Positions 7,701-18,369 of a DNA stretch of 22,731 nucleotides are shown in pieces. The position numbers were made by a program, and so were the translations under genes. Under the pieces are notes generated by a model. It made no database searches. It worked only from the letters and a program-made list of their open reading frames with translations, and had not been told where the DNA came from. Positions within the stretch are counted from its first letter, which is position 1, and each line of letters starts with the position of its first letter. This stretch comes from an uncultured Chlamydiae bacterium (GTDB lineage: Bacteria > Chlamydiota > Chlamydiia > Chlamydiales > Parachlamydiaceae): the NCBI GenBank assembly GCA_963830365.1, contig CAWHMU010000037.1, positions 1 to 22,731 of the forward strand. The letters are read 5' to 3'.

Positions 7701-8930
7701 ATCTTCCAATACGTCCCACACTTCTTCAGCATGGCGCTGGATCATCTTCTTGGCGGAACGGATGGTGTATACATAGCCAAGATCTTTCAAGCGCTTCACG
7801 ATGAACGGCTCGAATAGTTCAAGCGCCATCAGCTTGGGCAGACCGCACTGGTTGAATTTCAATTCGGGACCGACGATGATGACGGAACGACCGGAGTAGT
7901 CAACGCGCTTACCGAGCAGGTTCTGACGGAAACGACCTTGCTTGCCTTTGAGCATCTCAGAAAGGGATTTGAGCGGACGGTTGCCGGCGCCCATGACTGG
8001 GTGGCCGTGCCGGCCGTTATCAAACAAGGCATCAACTGCCTCTTGCAGCATGCGCTTTTCGTTGCGGATGATGACTTCTGGGGTTTTTAATCTGAGGATA
8101 GCCTTCAAGCGGTTGTTACGATTGATGACACGACGATAGAGGTCGTTCAAATCCGACGTGGCAAAGCGGCCGCCATCTAAAGGCACCAGCGGGCGCAGAT
8201 CCGGCGGGATGACCGGTACGCAGGACATCACCATCCACTGGGGCTTGTTGGTGGAAGAAACGAAGCTTTCAACAATTTTAAGACGCTTGGCCAGCTTCAT
8301 ACGCGCTTGCATTGATTTTGTCTTGCGCAGTTTCTCTTTGAGGTCAATGAGCTGTGTCTGCAGGTCTTCGGTAGCCAGCAAGTCGCGGATCGCTTCGCCG
8401 CCCATCTTAGCCACAAAAGCATCGCGTCCCCATTTCTCCTGAGCTTCGCGGTATTCGATATCATTTAGCAGTTGCTTTTTCTCTAGATCTGTATTGCCCG
8501 GATCGATGACCACATATTCTTCGTAGTAGATCACGCGTTCCAGATCGGATGATGTCATGCCCAAAACATTGCCGATGCGCGATGGCATGGTCTTAAAGAA
8601 CCAGATGTGAACGACGGGCACGGCCAAATCGATATGCGCCATGCGTTCGCGTCTAACTTTGGAAAGGGTAACTTCTACGCCGCAACGGTCGCAAACGATG
8701 CCTTTATGCTTAATCTTTTTGTACTTTCCGCAAGCACATTCCCAATCGCGTGTGGGGCCAAAAATTTTTTCGCAGAACAAGCCGCCCTTTTCAGGTTTAA
8801 AGGTCCGGTAGTTAATTGTTTCAGGCTTCTTGATTTCACCTCGCGACCAACTATTGCGGATAACGTCATCAGACGCAATCTTGATCGTTAACTTATCAAA
8901 CTGCGTATCTTGCTGAGTATACTCTGACAT
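4761..8930 (-). CDS. rpoC: DNA-directed RNA polymerase subunit beta' (1389 aa)
   Basis: KPETINYRT, zinc finger CACGKY...CDRCGVEV, catalytic NADFDGD, GEPGTQLTMRTFH and DITGGLPRV. Confidence 0.99.
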   Translation of the reverse strand: MSEYTQQDTQFDKLTIKIASDDVIRNSWSRGEIKKPETINYRTFKPEKGGLFCEKIFGPTRDWECACGKYKKIKHKGIVCDRCGVEVTLSKVRRERMAHIDLAVPVVHIWFFKTMPSRIGNVLGMTSSDLERVIYYEEYVVIDPGNTDLEKKQLLNDIEYREAQEKWGRDAFVAKMGGEAIRDLLATEDLQTQLIDLKEKLRKTKSMQARMKLAKRLKIVESFVSSTNKPQWMVMSCVPVIPPDLRPLVPLDGGRFATSDLNDLYRRVINRNNRLKAILRLKTPEVIIRNEKRMLQEAVDALFDNGRHGHPVMGAGNRPLKSLSEMLKGKQGRFRQNLLGKRVDYSGRSVIIVGPELKFNQCGLPKLMALELFEPFIVKRLKDLGYVYTIRSAKKMIQRHAEEVWDVLEDIIKGHPVLLNRAPTLHRLGIQAFEPVLIEGKAIRIHPLVCAAFNADFDGDQMAVYVPLSVEAQLEAKLLMMAPDNIFLPSSGKPVAVPSQDMTLGLYYLMCDPMYMPEDYGKQTRVFRDTQEVLQALYNSGSYNWYEKAVGDNSYYNRGMRIHELIKLRTDDGSIIETTPGRVLFNTIVPKELGFQNYSMPKKKMGELIMQCYKKVGLEATVRFLDNLKSLGFAEATRASLSMGVCDVRIPVNKQKIIDEAHERVSQVKKQYEDGIITEGERHSKTISIWTEVSDTLSEDLFKLISEVKDGKKNPLYLMMDSGARGNKSQIKQLGALRGLMAKPSGAIIESPITSNFREGLTVLEFSISSHGARKGLADTALKTADSGYLTRRLVDVAQDVIITEPDCGTLNGIDVCAIKQGQEELLPLKDRIFGRTVCDDIFLPGDSTVVLAKSGDTLNIQQAEAIDDSGIENVKIRSVLTCETRRGVCAKCYGVNLANGRSVSMGEAVGIIAAQSIGEPGTQLTMRTFHLGGIASAGLTPEIVSEVEGLLIYTDLRTVQNAEGQWVALNKNGYLNIVRDEGRTLEEYKKLLGTKSIEALQTFKVELGTKILLADGSKVKTGIKVAEWEQHNIPIICDRPGYVKYEDLVEGISTERDVNKQTGQTELIVKQHRGELHPQIVIYSDKACKELVGTYPLPSGAIISVEEGHYSTAGTLLARLPGVAMKTKDITGGLPRVAELFEARKPKESAEIAKIDGVVDFRGVQKNKRIVVVHDEDSGMEEEHLIPHTKHLICQRGDHVIKGQQLTDGVVIPHEILEICGVRELQKYLVNQVQEVYRLQGVDINDKHIEIIVRQMLKKVRVVDPGDTSLLFGEEIDKKEFELENAKVTREGGKAAQATPVLLGITKASLSTESFISAASFQDTTRVLTEAACAGKTDYLLGFKENVIMGHIIPGGTGFERHKRVKKFVDRELEAELVFDFEDTAPAA

Positions 8931-9017
8931 GCCTATCCCCTAACTTTTTTTAATTATCTTTTTACCCCGGATGAATACTCTCGGGGCTAATCTATATTTT
9001 ACCGCTGTGCAGTAGAA

Positions 9018-9052
9018 CAAAAAGATTGGACAACGATTTGCATCGTTGTCCA
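9018..9052 (-). terminator. Terminator-like hairpin between rpoB and rpoC
   Basis: Minus strand TGGACAACGAT-GCAA-ATCGTTGTCCA (perfect 11-bp stem) followed by ATCTTTTTGTT. Confidence 0.5.
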
Positions 9053-9063
9053 TATAATGGTAA

Positions 9064-12000
9064 TTAGTTCTCGATCACCTTTTCCGTTCTCATATCGAGG
9101 CAAAGCCCTTGCATCTCTTTGATCAAGACGTTGAACGACTCCGGTGTGCCGGATCTAAGCAAGTTTTCACCCTTGACAATCGATTCGTAGATGCGGGTAC
9201 GACCGGCTACGTCATCGGATTTTACTGTCAGTAGCTCTTGCAGCAAGTGGGCCGCGCCATAGGCTTCTGCCGCCCAGACCTCCATCTCCCCGAAACGCTG
9301 ACCACCCATCTGCGCCTTACCACCCAGCGGCTGCTGAGTGACGAGGGAGTAAGGGCCGACCGCGCGGGCGTGGATTTTGTCTGCAACAAGGTGGCTTAGT
9401 TTAAGCAGGTAGATGTATCCGACGACGACAGGATTATCAAAGCGTTCGCCTGAGCAACCGTCAAACAGATAGAATTTACCATCCGCCGACAGCCCCTGTT
9501 CCTTCATCATTTCCCAGATGACATGCTCTGGGAAGCCTTCAAAGACCGGACTTTGAGTGTAGATACCGGCGCGTTTGGCGGCAAAGCCTAAGTGTGTTTC
9601 AAACAGCTGACCCATGTTCATACGTGAAGGCACGCCGAGCGGGTTAAGGATAACTTCGATAGGCTGTCCGTCTTCCATATATGGCATATCTGCCTCAGGC
9701 ACAATCTTGGAAACAACCCCTTTGTTACCGTGGCGTCCGGCCATCTTATCGCCGACTTGCAACTTACGCTTGGAAGCTACATAAACCTTAACCTGGCGGA
9801 TGATGCCCGGATCAAGATCGGTGTCGCCTTTGCGCATGAATTCGACTTCCGACTTATACTGTGTGTCAAGCGTTTGCATCGAGATTTCATAGTCATGCAG
9901 CATCTGCTTGAGCGTGTCGTATAGGTCGTTGGCCGGCATGAGCAAGTCTTCGACATTGTCACTTTCGAGCAGGACGAGCAGCTCTTGTGTGATCAGCTCG
10001 CCTTCTTCAATGACGACTTCAGCAGTTTTGCGGTGCACAATCGTGCCGGGAGCCAGCTCATTGAGCAGCAACGCACCGATACGTTCGTGACGCTCTCTGC
10101 GCACTTCTGTTTGTTTTGTCTTGTATTCGCGTTGGATATCTTTCAGGCGTGAGGCCTCTTCAACAAGTTCATCATCGGTCTTTGATAAACGGTCGCGGCG
10201 ACTAAACACCTTCACATCCATGACGATCCCTTCAGTGCCCGGAGGCACTGTCAAGGAAGCATCCTTAACATCGGCAGCCTTCTCACCGAAGATGGCGCGC
10301 AACAGGCGCTCTTCCGGAGCCAGTTCTGTCTCCGATTTAGGTGTGATTTTACCAACGAGGATATCGCCTGGCTTCACTTCAGCACCGACACGGATGATGC
10401 CATCATCGCCGAGGTTGACCAAAGCTTCTTCTGAGACGTTTGGTATATCGCGGGTGATTTCTTCCTTGCCGAGCTTGGTATCGCGGGCTGTCAATTCAAA
10501 TTCTTCAATATATATCGAAGTGAAAGCATCTTCGCGCAGCATCTTCTCAGAGATGATGATCGCATCCTCGAAGTTATAGCCGAACCATGGCATAAAGGCC
10601 ACGAGCACGTTTTTGCCGAGGGCGATTTCGCCATTTTCCGTCGCTGGACCGTCAGCAATCACATCGCCGGCTTTAATCTTGTCGCCGATTTGGCAAAGTG
10701 GCTGCTGGTTGATGCATGTGCCGGCGTTGGAACGCAGGAACTTCTTCAAGAGGTAGGTCTTCTTCTCCAAACGGTTATCTTTGGGAGAGATGACGATCTT
10801 GAAACCATCGACATATTCAACCACACCGTCTTCTGCAGCAATCACCACAGCACCGGAGTCACGGGCGGCGCGTGCTTCAAGGCCTGTACCAACAAGTGGC
10901 GCTTCAGGCTTAAGCAAAGGCACACCTTGGCGTTGCATGTTCGAGCCCATCAATGCGCGGTTAGCATCATCGTGCTCGAGGAACGGAATCAAGCCTGTCA
11001 CGATGGACACTAGCTGCTTAGGCGACACGTCCATATGCGTGACTCTATCCGATTCAACTTCGAAGGGCTCGCCGCGGTAGCGTGCCCAGCAGATTGGATC
11101 GGCAAACATACCGTAGTCGTCTAATGGGGCCGAGGCCTGAGCGATCACGCAGCGTTCTTCTTGGTCTGCCGTCATGTATTCGATCTCGTCGGTGACGACG
11201 TGATCATTCACAATGCGGTATGGCGTTTCGATAAAGCCGAATTCGTTGATTTTTGCAAAGGATGACAGCGAAGTGATAAGACCGATGTTTGGTCCTTCAG
11301 GTGTCTCAATCGGGCAAATCCTGCCATAATGGCTGGCATGCACGTCGCGCACTTCAAAGCCGGCGCGATCGCGGTTTAGGCCGCCCGGTCCGAGGGAGGA
11401 AAGACGGCGCTTATGCGTCAATTCAGCGATCGGATTGGTTTGGTCCATGAATTGGGATAGTTGTGAACGTCCGAAGAAATCCTTCAATACGCCTGAAAGG
11501 CCCTTGGCAGAAACAATTTTGCCGGGTGTCAGTGTATCCGAAGTGAAGTCGAACAGATTCATGCGTTCGCGAATGATTTTCTCCATCCGTGCCAAGCCGA
11601 TGCGGCATTGGTTCTGGATAAGCTCTCCCACCGAGCGCACGCGGCGATTGCCAAGATGGTCGATGTCATCCACAGATACATCTTCGGCACCTTCTTTCAG
11701 ACGGATAAGATATTTCAGCGCACCGATCACATCTTCTTTGGTCAGCGTCACCGTTTGCAGGATTTCGTCGTTGACTTCCAAGCCCAATTTCGAATTTAGC
11801 TTGTAACGGCCCACGCGTCCGAGATTGTAGCGCTTAGGATCAAAGAACAAACGCATAATTGCCGAACGCGCATTGGCTAGCGTAGCCGGCTCGCCCGGAC
11901 GAATTTTGCGGTAGAAGTCTTTAAGAGCCGATTCGTAGGAATCAGTCGGGTCTTTGGCTAGCATTTTGATGATAGGGCTATTTTCATCGGCATCTTCGGC

Positions 12001-12828
12001 AATGCGGATCGAATCGATGCCGGCATCAACCATGCGTTTCAGCATAGCGGTAGTCAGCTTCTCAGCCGCTTTACCGAATACTAGGCCGCTCTCTTCATCA
12101 ACCACGTCTTGGGCAAGGATTTTACCGACAAGTTTGGCAAATTCCTTTTCAGATTTAATCTTCAGCTTGCGAGTGGTGAAGAATTCTTCGATGATATCAG
12201 CATTGGAAGAAAAACCTAAAGCACGGATAAAGGTTGTCGCTAGAATTTTGCGGCGGCGTTTTTTGCGGTCGATGTAGATATGGATAAGATCGTTAGTATC
12301 AAAAGCACCTTCCAGCCAGCTGCCGCGATAAGGGATGACACGGAAGGAGTAGATGACGTTACCGCGCAGATGGCGTTCCTGCTCAAAGCATATCCCAGGT
12401 GAACGGTGCAACTGCGAAACAATCACACGCTCAGCACCATTGATGATGAACGTCCCTTTGTCAGTCATCACCGGGATGGTGCCCATGTAGACTTCTTCTT
12501 CTTTAATACCCGTCTCATCCGTCAGACGGAATTTGACTTTGAGCGTCACATTGTATGAGATGCCGCGACGAATAGATTCTTCAGGGCTGTACTTCGGCAC
12601 TCCCAAACTATATGAAATAAACTCAAGAATCGTTTTTTCATCATAGGATTTGATTGGAAAAATTTCATTGAAAACTTCTTGTAAACCAATACTTTCTCTT
12701 TCATCAGGAAATTTATTAGCTTGCAGAAATTGATTATACGATTTAATTTGAATCTCGATCAGATTCGGCAAATCGATGATCTCTTTCTTTTCAATGAAGC
12801 TGACGCGTTGTGGCGGCCTTTTCAACAT
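9064..12828 (-). CDS. rpoB: DNA-directed RNA polymerase subunit beta (1254 aa)
   Basis: [46 protein letters not shown] and [12 protein letters not shown]. The N-terminus is chlamydial-type. Confidence 0.99.
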   Translation of the reverse strand: MLKRPPQRVSFIEKKEIIDLPNLIEIQIKSYNQFLQANKFPDERESIGLQEVFNEIFPIKSYDEKTILEFISYSLGVPKYSPEESIRRGISYNVTLKVKFRLTDETGIKEEEVYMGTIPVMTDKGTFIINGAERVIVSQLHRSPGICFEQERHLRGNVIYSFRVIPYRGSWLEGAFDTNDLIHIYIDRKKRRRKILATTFIRALGFSSNADIIEEFFTTRKLKIKSEKEFAKLVGKILAQDVVDEESGLVFGKAAEKLTTAMLKRMVDAGIDSIRIAEDADENSPIIKMLAKDPTDSYESALKDFYRKIRPGEPATLANARSAIMRLFFDPKRYNLGRVGRYKLNSKLGLEVNDEILQTVTLTKEDVIGALKYLIRLKEGAEDVSVDDIDHLGNRRVRSVGELIQNQCRIGLARMEKIIRERMNLFDFTSDTLTPGKIVSAKGLSGVLKDFFGRSQLSQFMDQTNPIAELTHKRRLSSLGPGGLNRDRAGFEVRDVHASHYGRICPIETPEGPNIGLITSLSSFAKINEFGFIETPYRIVNDHVVTDEIEYMTADQEERCVIAQASAPLDDYGMFADPICWARYRGEPFEVESDRVTHMDVSPKQLVSIVTGLIPFLEHDDANRALMGSNMQRQGVPLLKPEAPLVGTGLEARAARDSGAVVIAAEDGVVEYVDGFKIVISPKDNRLEKKTYLLKKFLRSNAGTCINQQPLCQIGDKIKAGDVIADGPATENGEIALGKNVLVAFMPWFGYNFEDAIIISEKMLREDAFTSIYIEEFELTARDTKLGKEEITRDIPNVSEEALVNLGDDGIIRVGAEVKPGDILVGKITPKSETELAPEERLLRAIFGEKAADVKDASLTVPPGTEGIVMDVKVFSRRDRLSKTDDELVEEASRLKDIQREYKTKQTEVRRERHERIGALLLNELAPGTIVHRKTAEVVIEEGELITQELLVLLESDNVEDLLMPANDLYDTLKQMLHDYEISMQTLDTQYKSEVEFMRKGDTDLDPGIIRQVKVYVASKRKLQVGDKMAGRHGNKGVVSKIVPEADMPYMEDGQPIEVILNPLGVPSRMNMGQLFETHLGFAAKRAGIYTQSPVFEGFPEHVIWEMMKEQGLSADGKFYLFDGCSGERFDNPVVVGYIYLLKLSHLVADKIHARAVGPYSLVTQQPLGGKAQMGGQRFGEMEVWAAEAYGAAHLLQELLTVKSDDVAGRTRIYESIVKGENLLRSGTPESFNVLIKEMQGLCLDMRTEKVIEN

Positions 12829-13017
12829 CGTGAAGAACTCCCTGGTATAGCTTAAAGACTAAGTTTTGTGAACATCCGTTCATCAACCTATTAAACGCTT
12901 AGGTTTGATGCTCTTCTCTAACGTCTGTGAACTTTTGCACCCAAAAATTCAAAGATGGCAGAGAATACTTTAGCAGACCACTTGCGCCAATTGTCATTTT
13001 TTTTAAAAATGCATAAT

Positions 13018-13051
13018 CCCAGGAACAAACAGCATATGCTGTTTGCCTGGG
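13018..13051 (-). promoter_or_regulatory. Hairpin in rplL-rpoB spacer (attenuator or processing-site candidate)
   Basis: Perfect 20-bp palindrome CAAACAGCATATGCTGTTTG (13026-13045) closed by CCCAGG/CCTGGG. The position is analogous to the E. coli rplL-rpoB attenuator. Confidence 0.55.
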
Positions 13052-13074
13052 TCAAAAGTAAGCAGGACTAAAGA

Positions 13075-13464
13075 CTACAGACCTTTTAGGGTCACTTTAG
13101 CGCCAACTTCTTCTAGTTTTTTCTTGATCTCGTCAGCTTCAGCTTTTGGAGCTGTCTCTTTCAAGACTTTTGGTGCGCTGTCTACGAGTTCTTTGGCTTC
13201 TTTTAAGCCTAGACCTGTAATTTCACGCACAATTTTAATAACGCCGATTTTCTTGTCGGCTGGGGAATCAACCAATGTTATTTGGAAATCGGAAGACTCA
13301 ACAGCTGCTGCTGCTGGTGCTCCAACGGGTGCAGCAGCAACTACGGTTGCAGCAGCCGCGGCTTTAACGCCCCATTTATCTTCCAATGCAGTTTTTAATT
13401 CTGACATTTCCAAAACGCTCAATTTGCTGAGAGCGTCGACTAGATCTTCAGTTTTGTTACTCAC
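13075..13464 (-). CDS. rplL: 50S ribosomal protein L7/L12
   Basis: [24 protein letters not shown] and Ala-rich hinge. GTG start with GAGGT SD. Confidence 0.98.
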   Translation of the reverse strand: MSNKTEDLVDALSKLSVLEMSELKTALEDKWGVKAAAAATVVAAAPVGAPAAAAVESSDFQITLVDSPADKKIGVIKIVREITGLGLKEAKELVDSAPKVLKETAPKAEADEIKKKLEEVGAKVTLKGL

Positions 13465-13504
13465 AGTAGTACCTCACTAATTTACTTGGCTTGTGTTACA
13501 ATAT

Positions 13505-14038
13505 TTATTGATCAGAGCTTTCTTCTTGCTCTAGTTGGCACTTGTTTTTCAAGCAGTGGACAACGCTGGTTAACAGCGCATCCATAACTGCCAATGTCTG
13601 TGCCATCGGTGCTTCGAATGTGCTAAGCAGCTGAGCGCGCATTTCGTCTTTACCGGGCAATTTAGACAGTTTTTCAACATCAGCACCATTATAAATCACA
13701 CCTTCAAAACGCCCGCCAACCACATCAATTGCTTTGTTAGTGTCTTGGCTAAATTTGAAGACTAATTTTGTCATCTCAATCGGATCGTTGACTGCATAGA
13801 TCAATCCAATGTGACCTGGCAGTTCTTTCAGATTGAGAGATACACCGGCAGATTCAGCAGCCTTGATCAAAACGCGCTTACGCATGACCTCAACTGTACC
13901 ACCTAGCTTAGCGACTTCTCTGCGAAATTCATTGGCTTTGTTAGCATTGAGCTTAAAATAACGCATTACCACAAAGGAGCCATATTCATGGATCTGGTCT
14001 TTGATTTCGTTGAGAAGGAGTTGCTTTTCTTGTCTCAT
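13505..14038 (-). CDS. rplJ: 50S ribosomal protein L10
   Basis: MRQEKQLLL...LSKLPGKDEMRAQLL; lies between rplA and rplL; GGAGG SD. Confidence 0.96.
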   Translation of the reverse strand: MRQEKQLLLNEIKDQIHEYGSFVVMRYFKLNANKANEFRREVAKLGGTVEVMRKRVLIKAAESAGVSLNLKELPGHIGLIYAVNDPIEMTKLVFKFSQDTNKAIDVVGGRFEGVIYNGADVEKLSKLPGKDEMRAQLLSTFEAPMAQTLAVMDALLTSVVHCLKNKCQLEQEESSDQ

Positions 14039-14052
14039 ATTCTCTGACCTCC

Positions 14053-14751
14053 TTAGGCGATATCCAGGTCACGTGCATCGATCTTTAGGCCTGGTCCCAT
14101 TGTCGAAGAGAGATACATTGACTTTAGGTAGTGCCCTCTGGCGCTGGCCGGCTTGGCGCGTTGTACTGCATGCAAAAATGCACCAATATTTTCGACCAGC
14201 TGTTCATCAGCAAAGGATAACTTACCAGCAGCAACGTTGATCATACCGTGTCTATCGAGTTTAAATTCGATTTTACCGGCCTTCAACTCCTGAATTGCCT
14301 TGACGACATCTGTGGTTACAGTGCCCGCTTTTGGCGTTGGCATTAAACCACGAGGTCCTAGGACTTTACCTAGTTTACCTACATCGCGCATCATGTCGGG
14401 GGTAGCTATGACAGCATCAAAATCTGTCCACCCCGCATTAACTTTTTCAAAAAGTTCATCGTTGCCCGCGTAGTCGGCACCAGCAGTTAAAGCTTCCTTA
14501 ACTTTGTCTCCTCTTGCGAAGACAAGGATTCTGATCGTTTTACCTGTGCCATTCGGTAATGACACGGTACCACGAACATGCTGATCTGATCTACGAGGGT
14601 CAACACCAATCTTTAAAGAAACATCCACGGACTGGTCAAATTTGACAGCCGTGCAGTTCTTTAATATAGCGACAGCCTCTGCGATGCTATAAATTTTTAG
14701 AGCATCCAGTCCTTTGGCTATCTCCCGAGTTCTTTTACTTGGTCGACCCAT
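14053..14751 (-). CDS. rplA: 50S ribosomal protein L1
   Basis: [39 protein letters not shown] and SSTMGPG. Confidence 0.98.
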   Translation of the reverse strand: MGRPSKRTREIAKGLDALKIYSIAEAVAILKNCTAVKFDQSVDVSLKIGVDPRRSDQHVRGTVSLPNGTGKTIRILVFARGDKVKEALTAGADYAGNDELFEKVNAGWTDFDAVIATPDMMRDVGKLGKVLGPRGLMPTPKAGTVTTDVVKAIQELKAGKIEFKLDRHGMINVAAGKLSFADEQLVENIGAFLHAVQRAKPASARGHYLKSMYLSSTMGPGLKIDARDLDIA

Positions 14752-14781
14752 ATACTTTTTTTTCTACGTTAAATAATGGTA

Positions 14782-14889
14782 CTGAAGCTTGCACTTCAGC
14801 CAAGCGCCTCATAGCAGGCCGCCTGTGGTTTAATAACGCTGCCACAGCTGGCAGCGTGAATTTTAGGAACTGCCGGTTGTGACAACCGG
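14782..14889 (-). promoter_or_regulatory. Tandem hairpins in rplK-rplA spacer (candidate ribosomal-protein leader)
   Basis: Stems at 14873-14889 (CCGGTTGT/ACAACCGG), 14836-14857 (ACGCTGCCA/TGGCAGCGT), about 14804-14822 (bulged) and 14782-14799 (CTGAAG/CTTCAG). Confidence 0.45.
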
Positions 14890-14897
14890 GCTATCCC

Positions 14898-15326
14898 CTA
14901 TTCTTCGATAAGATCAATACCCATCGACCGCGCTGTTCCCAATACGCAGTTAACAGCCGCATCTAAATTCGTAGCATTCATATCTTGAATTTTATCTTCA
15001 GCAATCTTTCTTGCTTGGCTACGAGTAATTTTGCCGACTTTATCGCGGTTTGGCACAGCAGAGCCTTTTTCTACACCTAAAGCTTTTTTAATCATTTGCG
15101 CCATAGGAGGCTTTTTGGTGATGAATGTAAATGACTTATCCACAAAAACAGTGATGACGACAGGTAAAATGTCGCCAATCATGCCTTGCGTTTTAGCATT
15201 AAATTCTTTGCAGAAAGCCATGATATTAACGCCAGCAGAACCCAACGCAGGTCCGATTGGTGGGGCTGGGTTGGCTTTACCAGCAGGAATTTGCAACTTT
15301 ATTAACTTAACAATTTTTTTGGACAT
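14898..15326 (-). CDS. rplK: 50S ribosomal protein L11
   Basis: [31 protein letters not shown] and GTARSMG. Confidence 0.98.
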   Translation of the reverse strand: MSKKIVKLIKLQIPAGKANPAPPIGPALGSAGVNIMAFCKEFNAKTQGMIGDILPVVITVFVDKSFTFITKKPPMAQMIKKALGVEKGSAVPNRDKVGKITRSQARKIAEDKIQDMNATNLDAAVNCVLGTARSMGIDLIEE

Positions 15327-15448
15327 AATCTCCTCTTGAATCAGCTAAGGACGATTACGAATTCGCAATCTTAGAGGCGTTGAAATTGAATTACGTAACA
15401 GTTTAGATTAATGCTGATTAAAGCACAATCTGTTTTAGGTATGGTTTA

Positions 15449-15997
15449 CTATAAACTTTCTGCTCCCTCAGCAATCTCTTCGACCTGCGAAAACTCCAGA
15501 TCGTCGACACGTGTCTCACGACCGAAAATGGAGACCAGCAGGCTCAGACGACCTTTGTCGTGGAATACGTCGGTGACAGTACCAATAAAGTTAACAAACA
15601 CGCCGTCGATGATCTTAACGCGATCGCCGACATTGATTTTATGTTTTTGCGTGACTTTTTGCTTTTTATCTTCAAGGTCTTTCAGGATTTCGTCTACTTC
15701 ATATTCTGACAGAGCCGTCGGTTTCTCGCCACCTAAGAAGTCGATTACTCCAGGGGTGTTTTTTACATAGTGCCAGGAATCGTCTGTCAGGTGCATTTTT
15801 ACGAGCAAATATCCGGGCCAAAGGCGCTTTTCAACGACTTTTTGTTGACCCTTCTTAACTTCAGAAACGTTTTCGACAGGCAGCAAGACTTTTTCGATAA
15901 AATCTTCCACACCTTTGAGGTCGCGTTGCTCTTCTAAAGCTTTCTTAACTTTTTTTTCGTGCGTCGAGAGGACCTGCACGACATACCAATTATGCAT
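15449..15997 (-). CDS. nusG: Transcription termination/antitermination factor NusG
   Basis: WYVVQV, WPGYLLV, KOW motif GDRVKIIDGVF and VSIFGRET. ATG 15997 is preferred; GTG 16006 is an alternative start. Confidence 0.97.
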   Translation of the reverse strand: MHNWYVVQVLSTHEKKVKKALEEQRDLKGVEDFIEKVLLPVENVSEVKKGQQKVVEKRLWPGYLLVKMHLTDDSWHYVKNTPGVIDFLGGEKPTALSEYEVDEILKDLEDKKQKVTQKHKINVGDRVKIIDGVFVNFIGTVTDVFHDKGRLSLLVSIFGRETRVDDLEFSQVEEIAEGAESL

Positions 15998-16165
15998 GTG
16001 CTCCACCGTTATTTCATGGCAAGCTGGCTATGGTTAGCATTTCGACACTTATCGCCGCTATTTTCCAGCTTATCCTTCATCGATTCAACACTCACCCAAG
16101 ATTATATCGAGGGTTTCATCCCGCCAGGCTATCAGCTGGTAAGACACATCAGCCAGCAAATCCAA

Positions 16166-16456
16166 TCACCCGATGAGACGCATCATGAATTCCAAACCAC
16201 CCAACACGAGTTGAATCATCAGATCCATGACGTAAATCCCCATACCTAAGAAGAAAGTTGTCGCCACGACAATTTTCGTATAGGTGCTTAACTCTTCGGG
16301 ACTTGTCCAACTGATTTTCTTAAATTCATCTTTAATATCGCCGAGAAAGTTTTTCCATTGGCCTGCCTTCAGCGAGGCCTCTTTGGCGCTAATACTGGTT
16401 GTTTTTGTGACTGGCTGGTCTTTCTTTAATTCCATTGTCTTCACTTCCACTACCAC
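16166..16456 (-). CDS. secE: Preprotein translocase subunit SecE
   Basis: IKDEFKKISWTSPEEL followed by one transmembrane helix; lies between tRNA-Trp and nusG; GAGGTG SD before the GTG start. Confidence 0.93.
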   Translation of the reverse strand: MVVEVKTMELKKDQPVTKTTSISAKEASLKAGQWKNFLGDIKDEFKKISWTSPEELSTYTKIVVATTFFLGMGIYVMDLMIQLVLGGLEFMMRLIG

Positions 16457-16512
16457 TTTGACACCTCACTATGTGCTAGACTTAATCGCATGACACATCT
16501 GTATTACTTCAT

Positions 16513-16585
16513 CGAGTGCGGAGGGGATCGAACCCCCGACCGGCGGCTTTGGAGACCGCTGCTCTACCAGCTGAGCTACACACCC
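16513..16585 (-). tRNA. tRNA-Trp (CCA)
   Basis: GGGTGTGTAGCTCAGCTGGTAGAGCAGCGGTCTCCAAAGCCGCCGGTCGGGGGTTCGATCCCCTCCGCACTCG folds as a cloverleaf with anticodon CCA. The 3' CCA tail is not encoded. Confidence 0.97.
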
Positions 16586-16620
16586 AGGAAAACGGTAAAT
16601 AATTTACCTTTTTGCCTTCT

Positions 16621-16648
16621 AAAAAGGGCACGCTATCAGCGTGCCCTT
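16621..16648 (-). terminator. Intrinsic terminator after tuf
   Basis: Minus strand GGGCACGCT-GAT-AGCGTGCCC-TTTTT. Confidence 0.75.
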
Positions 16649-16688
16649 AAAATTTTCGGCGCGACGTTTGCTTTACCAGCTCACATCA

Positions 16689-17873
16689 CTATTTGATGAT
16701 CTCGGAAACAGTACCGGCACCGATAGTACGGCCGCCTTCACGAATCGCAAAACGCATCCCTTTTTCCATGGCTACCGGAGAAATCAACTTCACAGTGATT
16801 TCAACGTTATCGCCAGGCATAACCATCTCAACGCTAGCTGGCAACTCTACTGTGCCAGTTACGTCTGTCGTTCTGAAATAGAGCTGTGGACGGTAGCCAG
16901 TGAAGAATGGCTTATGACGGCCACCCTCTTCTTTTGTCAACACGTATACAGGACCTTTGAACTCGGTATGTGGCGTGCATGTACCTGGAGCTGCCAATAC
17001 CATGCCGCGTTCGATTTGAGTTTTGTCGATGCTGCGCAGCAGGATACCGACGTTCTCACCCGCACGGGCTTCGTCTAGGACCTTGTTAAACATTTCAAGG
17101 CCGGTAGCTACTGTATCGCGTGTATCGCCGAGACCCACAATTTGGATCTTATCGTTGATACGCACAATACCGCGCTCTACCCGGCCGGTAGCTACTGTGC
17201 CACGACCTGAAATGGAGAACACGTCTTCGACAGGCATTAGGAATGGCTTATCGATTTCACGGGCTGGCTGTGGGATATACTCATCAACAGTTTTCATCAG
17301 TTCTTTGATGCTTTCAACGTACTTTGGATCCCCTTCGAGAGCCTTCAACGCAGATCCTCTGATGATCGGCGCGTTAGGGTAGCCTTTAGCTTCCAACAGT
17401 TCGTGCATTTCCATTTCGACCAGGTCGAGCAATTCCGCATCTTGCTCACCGAGCATGTCGACTTTGTTCAAGAAGACGACGATGGCAGGCACTTGCATTT
17501 GACGGGCCAACAGGATGTGTTCGCGCGTTTGCGGCATCGCACCGTCTGTAGCAGCCACAACCAGGATTGCGCCGTCCATCTGGGCAGCACCTGTGATCAT
17601 GTTCTTTACATAGTCGGCGTGACCTGGGCAGTCAACGTGCGCATAGTGACGATTTGCTGTTTCGTATTCAACGTGGGTTGAGTTGATAGTAATCCCACGC
17701 GCTTTTTCTTCTGGTGTGTTATCGATCGATGCATAATCACGGAATTTAGCGCCGCCAGATTCAGCCAGCACTTTTGTAATTGCTGCTGTCAGTGTGGTTT
17801 TGCCGTGGTCGACGTGACCAATCGTACCGATATTTACGTGAGGCTTCTTCCGCTGAAAAGTTTCTTTTGCCAT
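16689..17873 (-). CDS. tuf: Elongation factor Tu
   Basis: [23 protein letters not shown] and [10 protein letters not shown]; 394 aa; GGAGGAG SD. Confidence 0.99.
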   Translation of the reverse strand: MAKETFQRKKPHVNIGTIGHVDHGKTTLTAAITKVLAESGGAKFRDYASIDNTPEEKARGITINSTHVEYETANRHYAHVDCPGHADYVKNMITGAAQMDGAILVVAATDGAMPQTREHILLARQMQVPAIVVFLNKVDMLGEQDAELLDLVEMEMHELLEAKGYPNAPIIRGSALKALEGDPKYVESIKELMKTVDEYIPQPAREIDKPFLMPVEDVFSISGRGTVATGRVERGIVRINDKIQIVGLGDTRDTVATGLEMFNKVLDEARAGENVGILLRSIDKTQIERGMVLAAPGTCTPHTEFKGPVYVLTKEEGGRHKPFFTGYRPQLYFRTTDVTGTVELPASVEMVMPGDNVEITVKLISPVAMEKGMRFAIREGGRTIGAGTVSEIIK

Positions 17874-17930
17874 TTTATCTCCTCCGGACTCCTGTAACCA
17901 TTTTTGTTTGTTGTTTTATATAAAGTGTTC

Positions 17931-18002
17931 TGCCCAGAATAGGAATTGAACCTACGACCTTTTGCTTACCATGCAAATGCACTACCACTGTGCTATCTGG
18001 GC
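17931..18002 (-). tRNA. tRNA-Thr (GGT)
   Basis: GCCCAGATAGCACAGTGGTAGTGCATTTGCATGGTAAGCAAAAGGTCGTAGGTTCAATTCCTATTCTGGGCA folds as a cloverleaf with anticodon GGT. The 3' CCA tail is not encoded. Confidence 0.97.
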
Positions 18003-18053
18003 AATCTGTATTTCTACCTGTGTAAAAGCGTACTTCGACTCAAATATCGCATA

Positions 18054-18082
18054 AGTCTAAAGAGTTCGCTAAAAAAAATCAA
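18054..18082 (-). promoter_or_regulatory. Putative sigma70/sigma66 promoter for tRNA-Thr and tuf
   Basis: Minus strand TTGATT (18082-18077), 17-nt spacer, TAGACT (18059-18054). Confidence 0.5.
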
Positions 18083-18100
18083 CCCCATTTACGGAAATTG

Positions 18101-18319
18101 CTATCTTTGACGGAAAATAATGCGCGCTTTGGTCAGGTCATATGGTGACATTTCAACTGTTACGTTATCACCTACCAACACCCTGATATTCTTCATGCGC
18201 ATTTTACCGCAAAGATGAGCCATGACCATCATGCCATTTTGCAATTTCACTCTAAATGTCATGTTTGGTAGCAACTCTTCGACAGAGCCTTCAAACTTAA
18301 TCGTGTCTTCTTTTGTCAT
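18101..18319 (-). CDS. infA: Translation initiation factor IF-1 (72 aa)
   Basis: [24 protein letters not shown]...[30 protein letters not shown]. The start was trimmed to ATG 18319 to match the known IF-1 length. Confidence 0.97.
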   Translation of the reverse strand: MTKEDTIKFEGSVEELLPNMTFRVKLQNGMMVMAHLCGKMRMKNIRVLVGDNVTVEMSPYDLTKARIIFRQR

Positions 18320-18369
18320 TCTTTCTTGCAGTGTGATTGGAGAGTAAGGAACATTATTATGAATATAAT

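Noticed and set aside
11330..11480. Rifampicin-resistance region of rpoB
   Set aside because: The key Q, D, H, R and S positions look wild type.
4659..17681. Many plus-strand ORFs antisense to rpoC, rpoB, rplL, rplK, nusG and tuf (e.g. 4659-5354, 5835-6368)
   Set aside because: Shadow ORFs opposite highly conserved genes, with no motifs or credible RBS.
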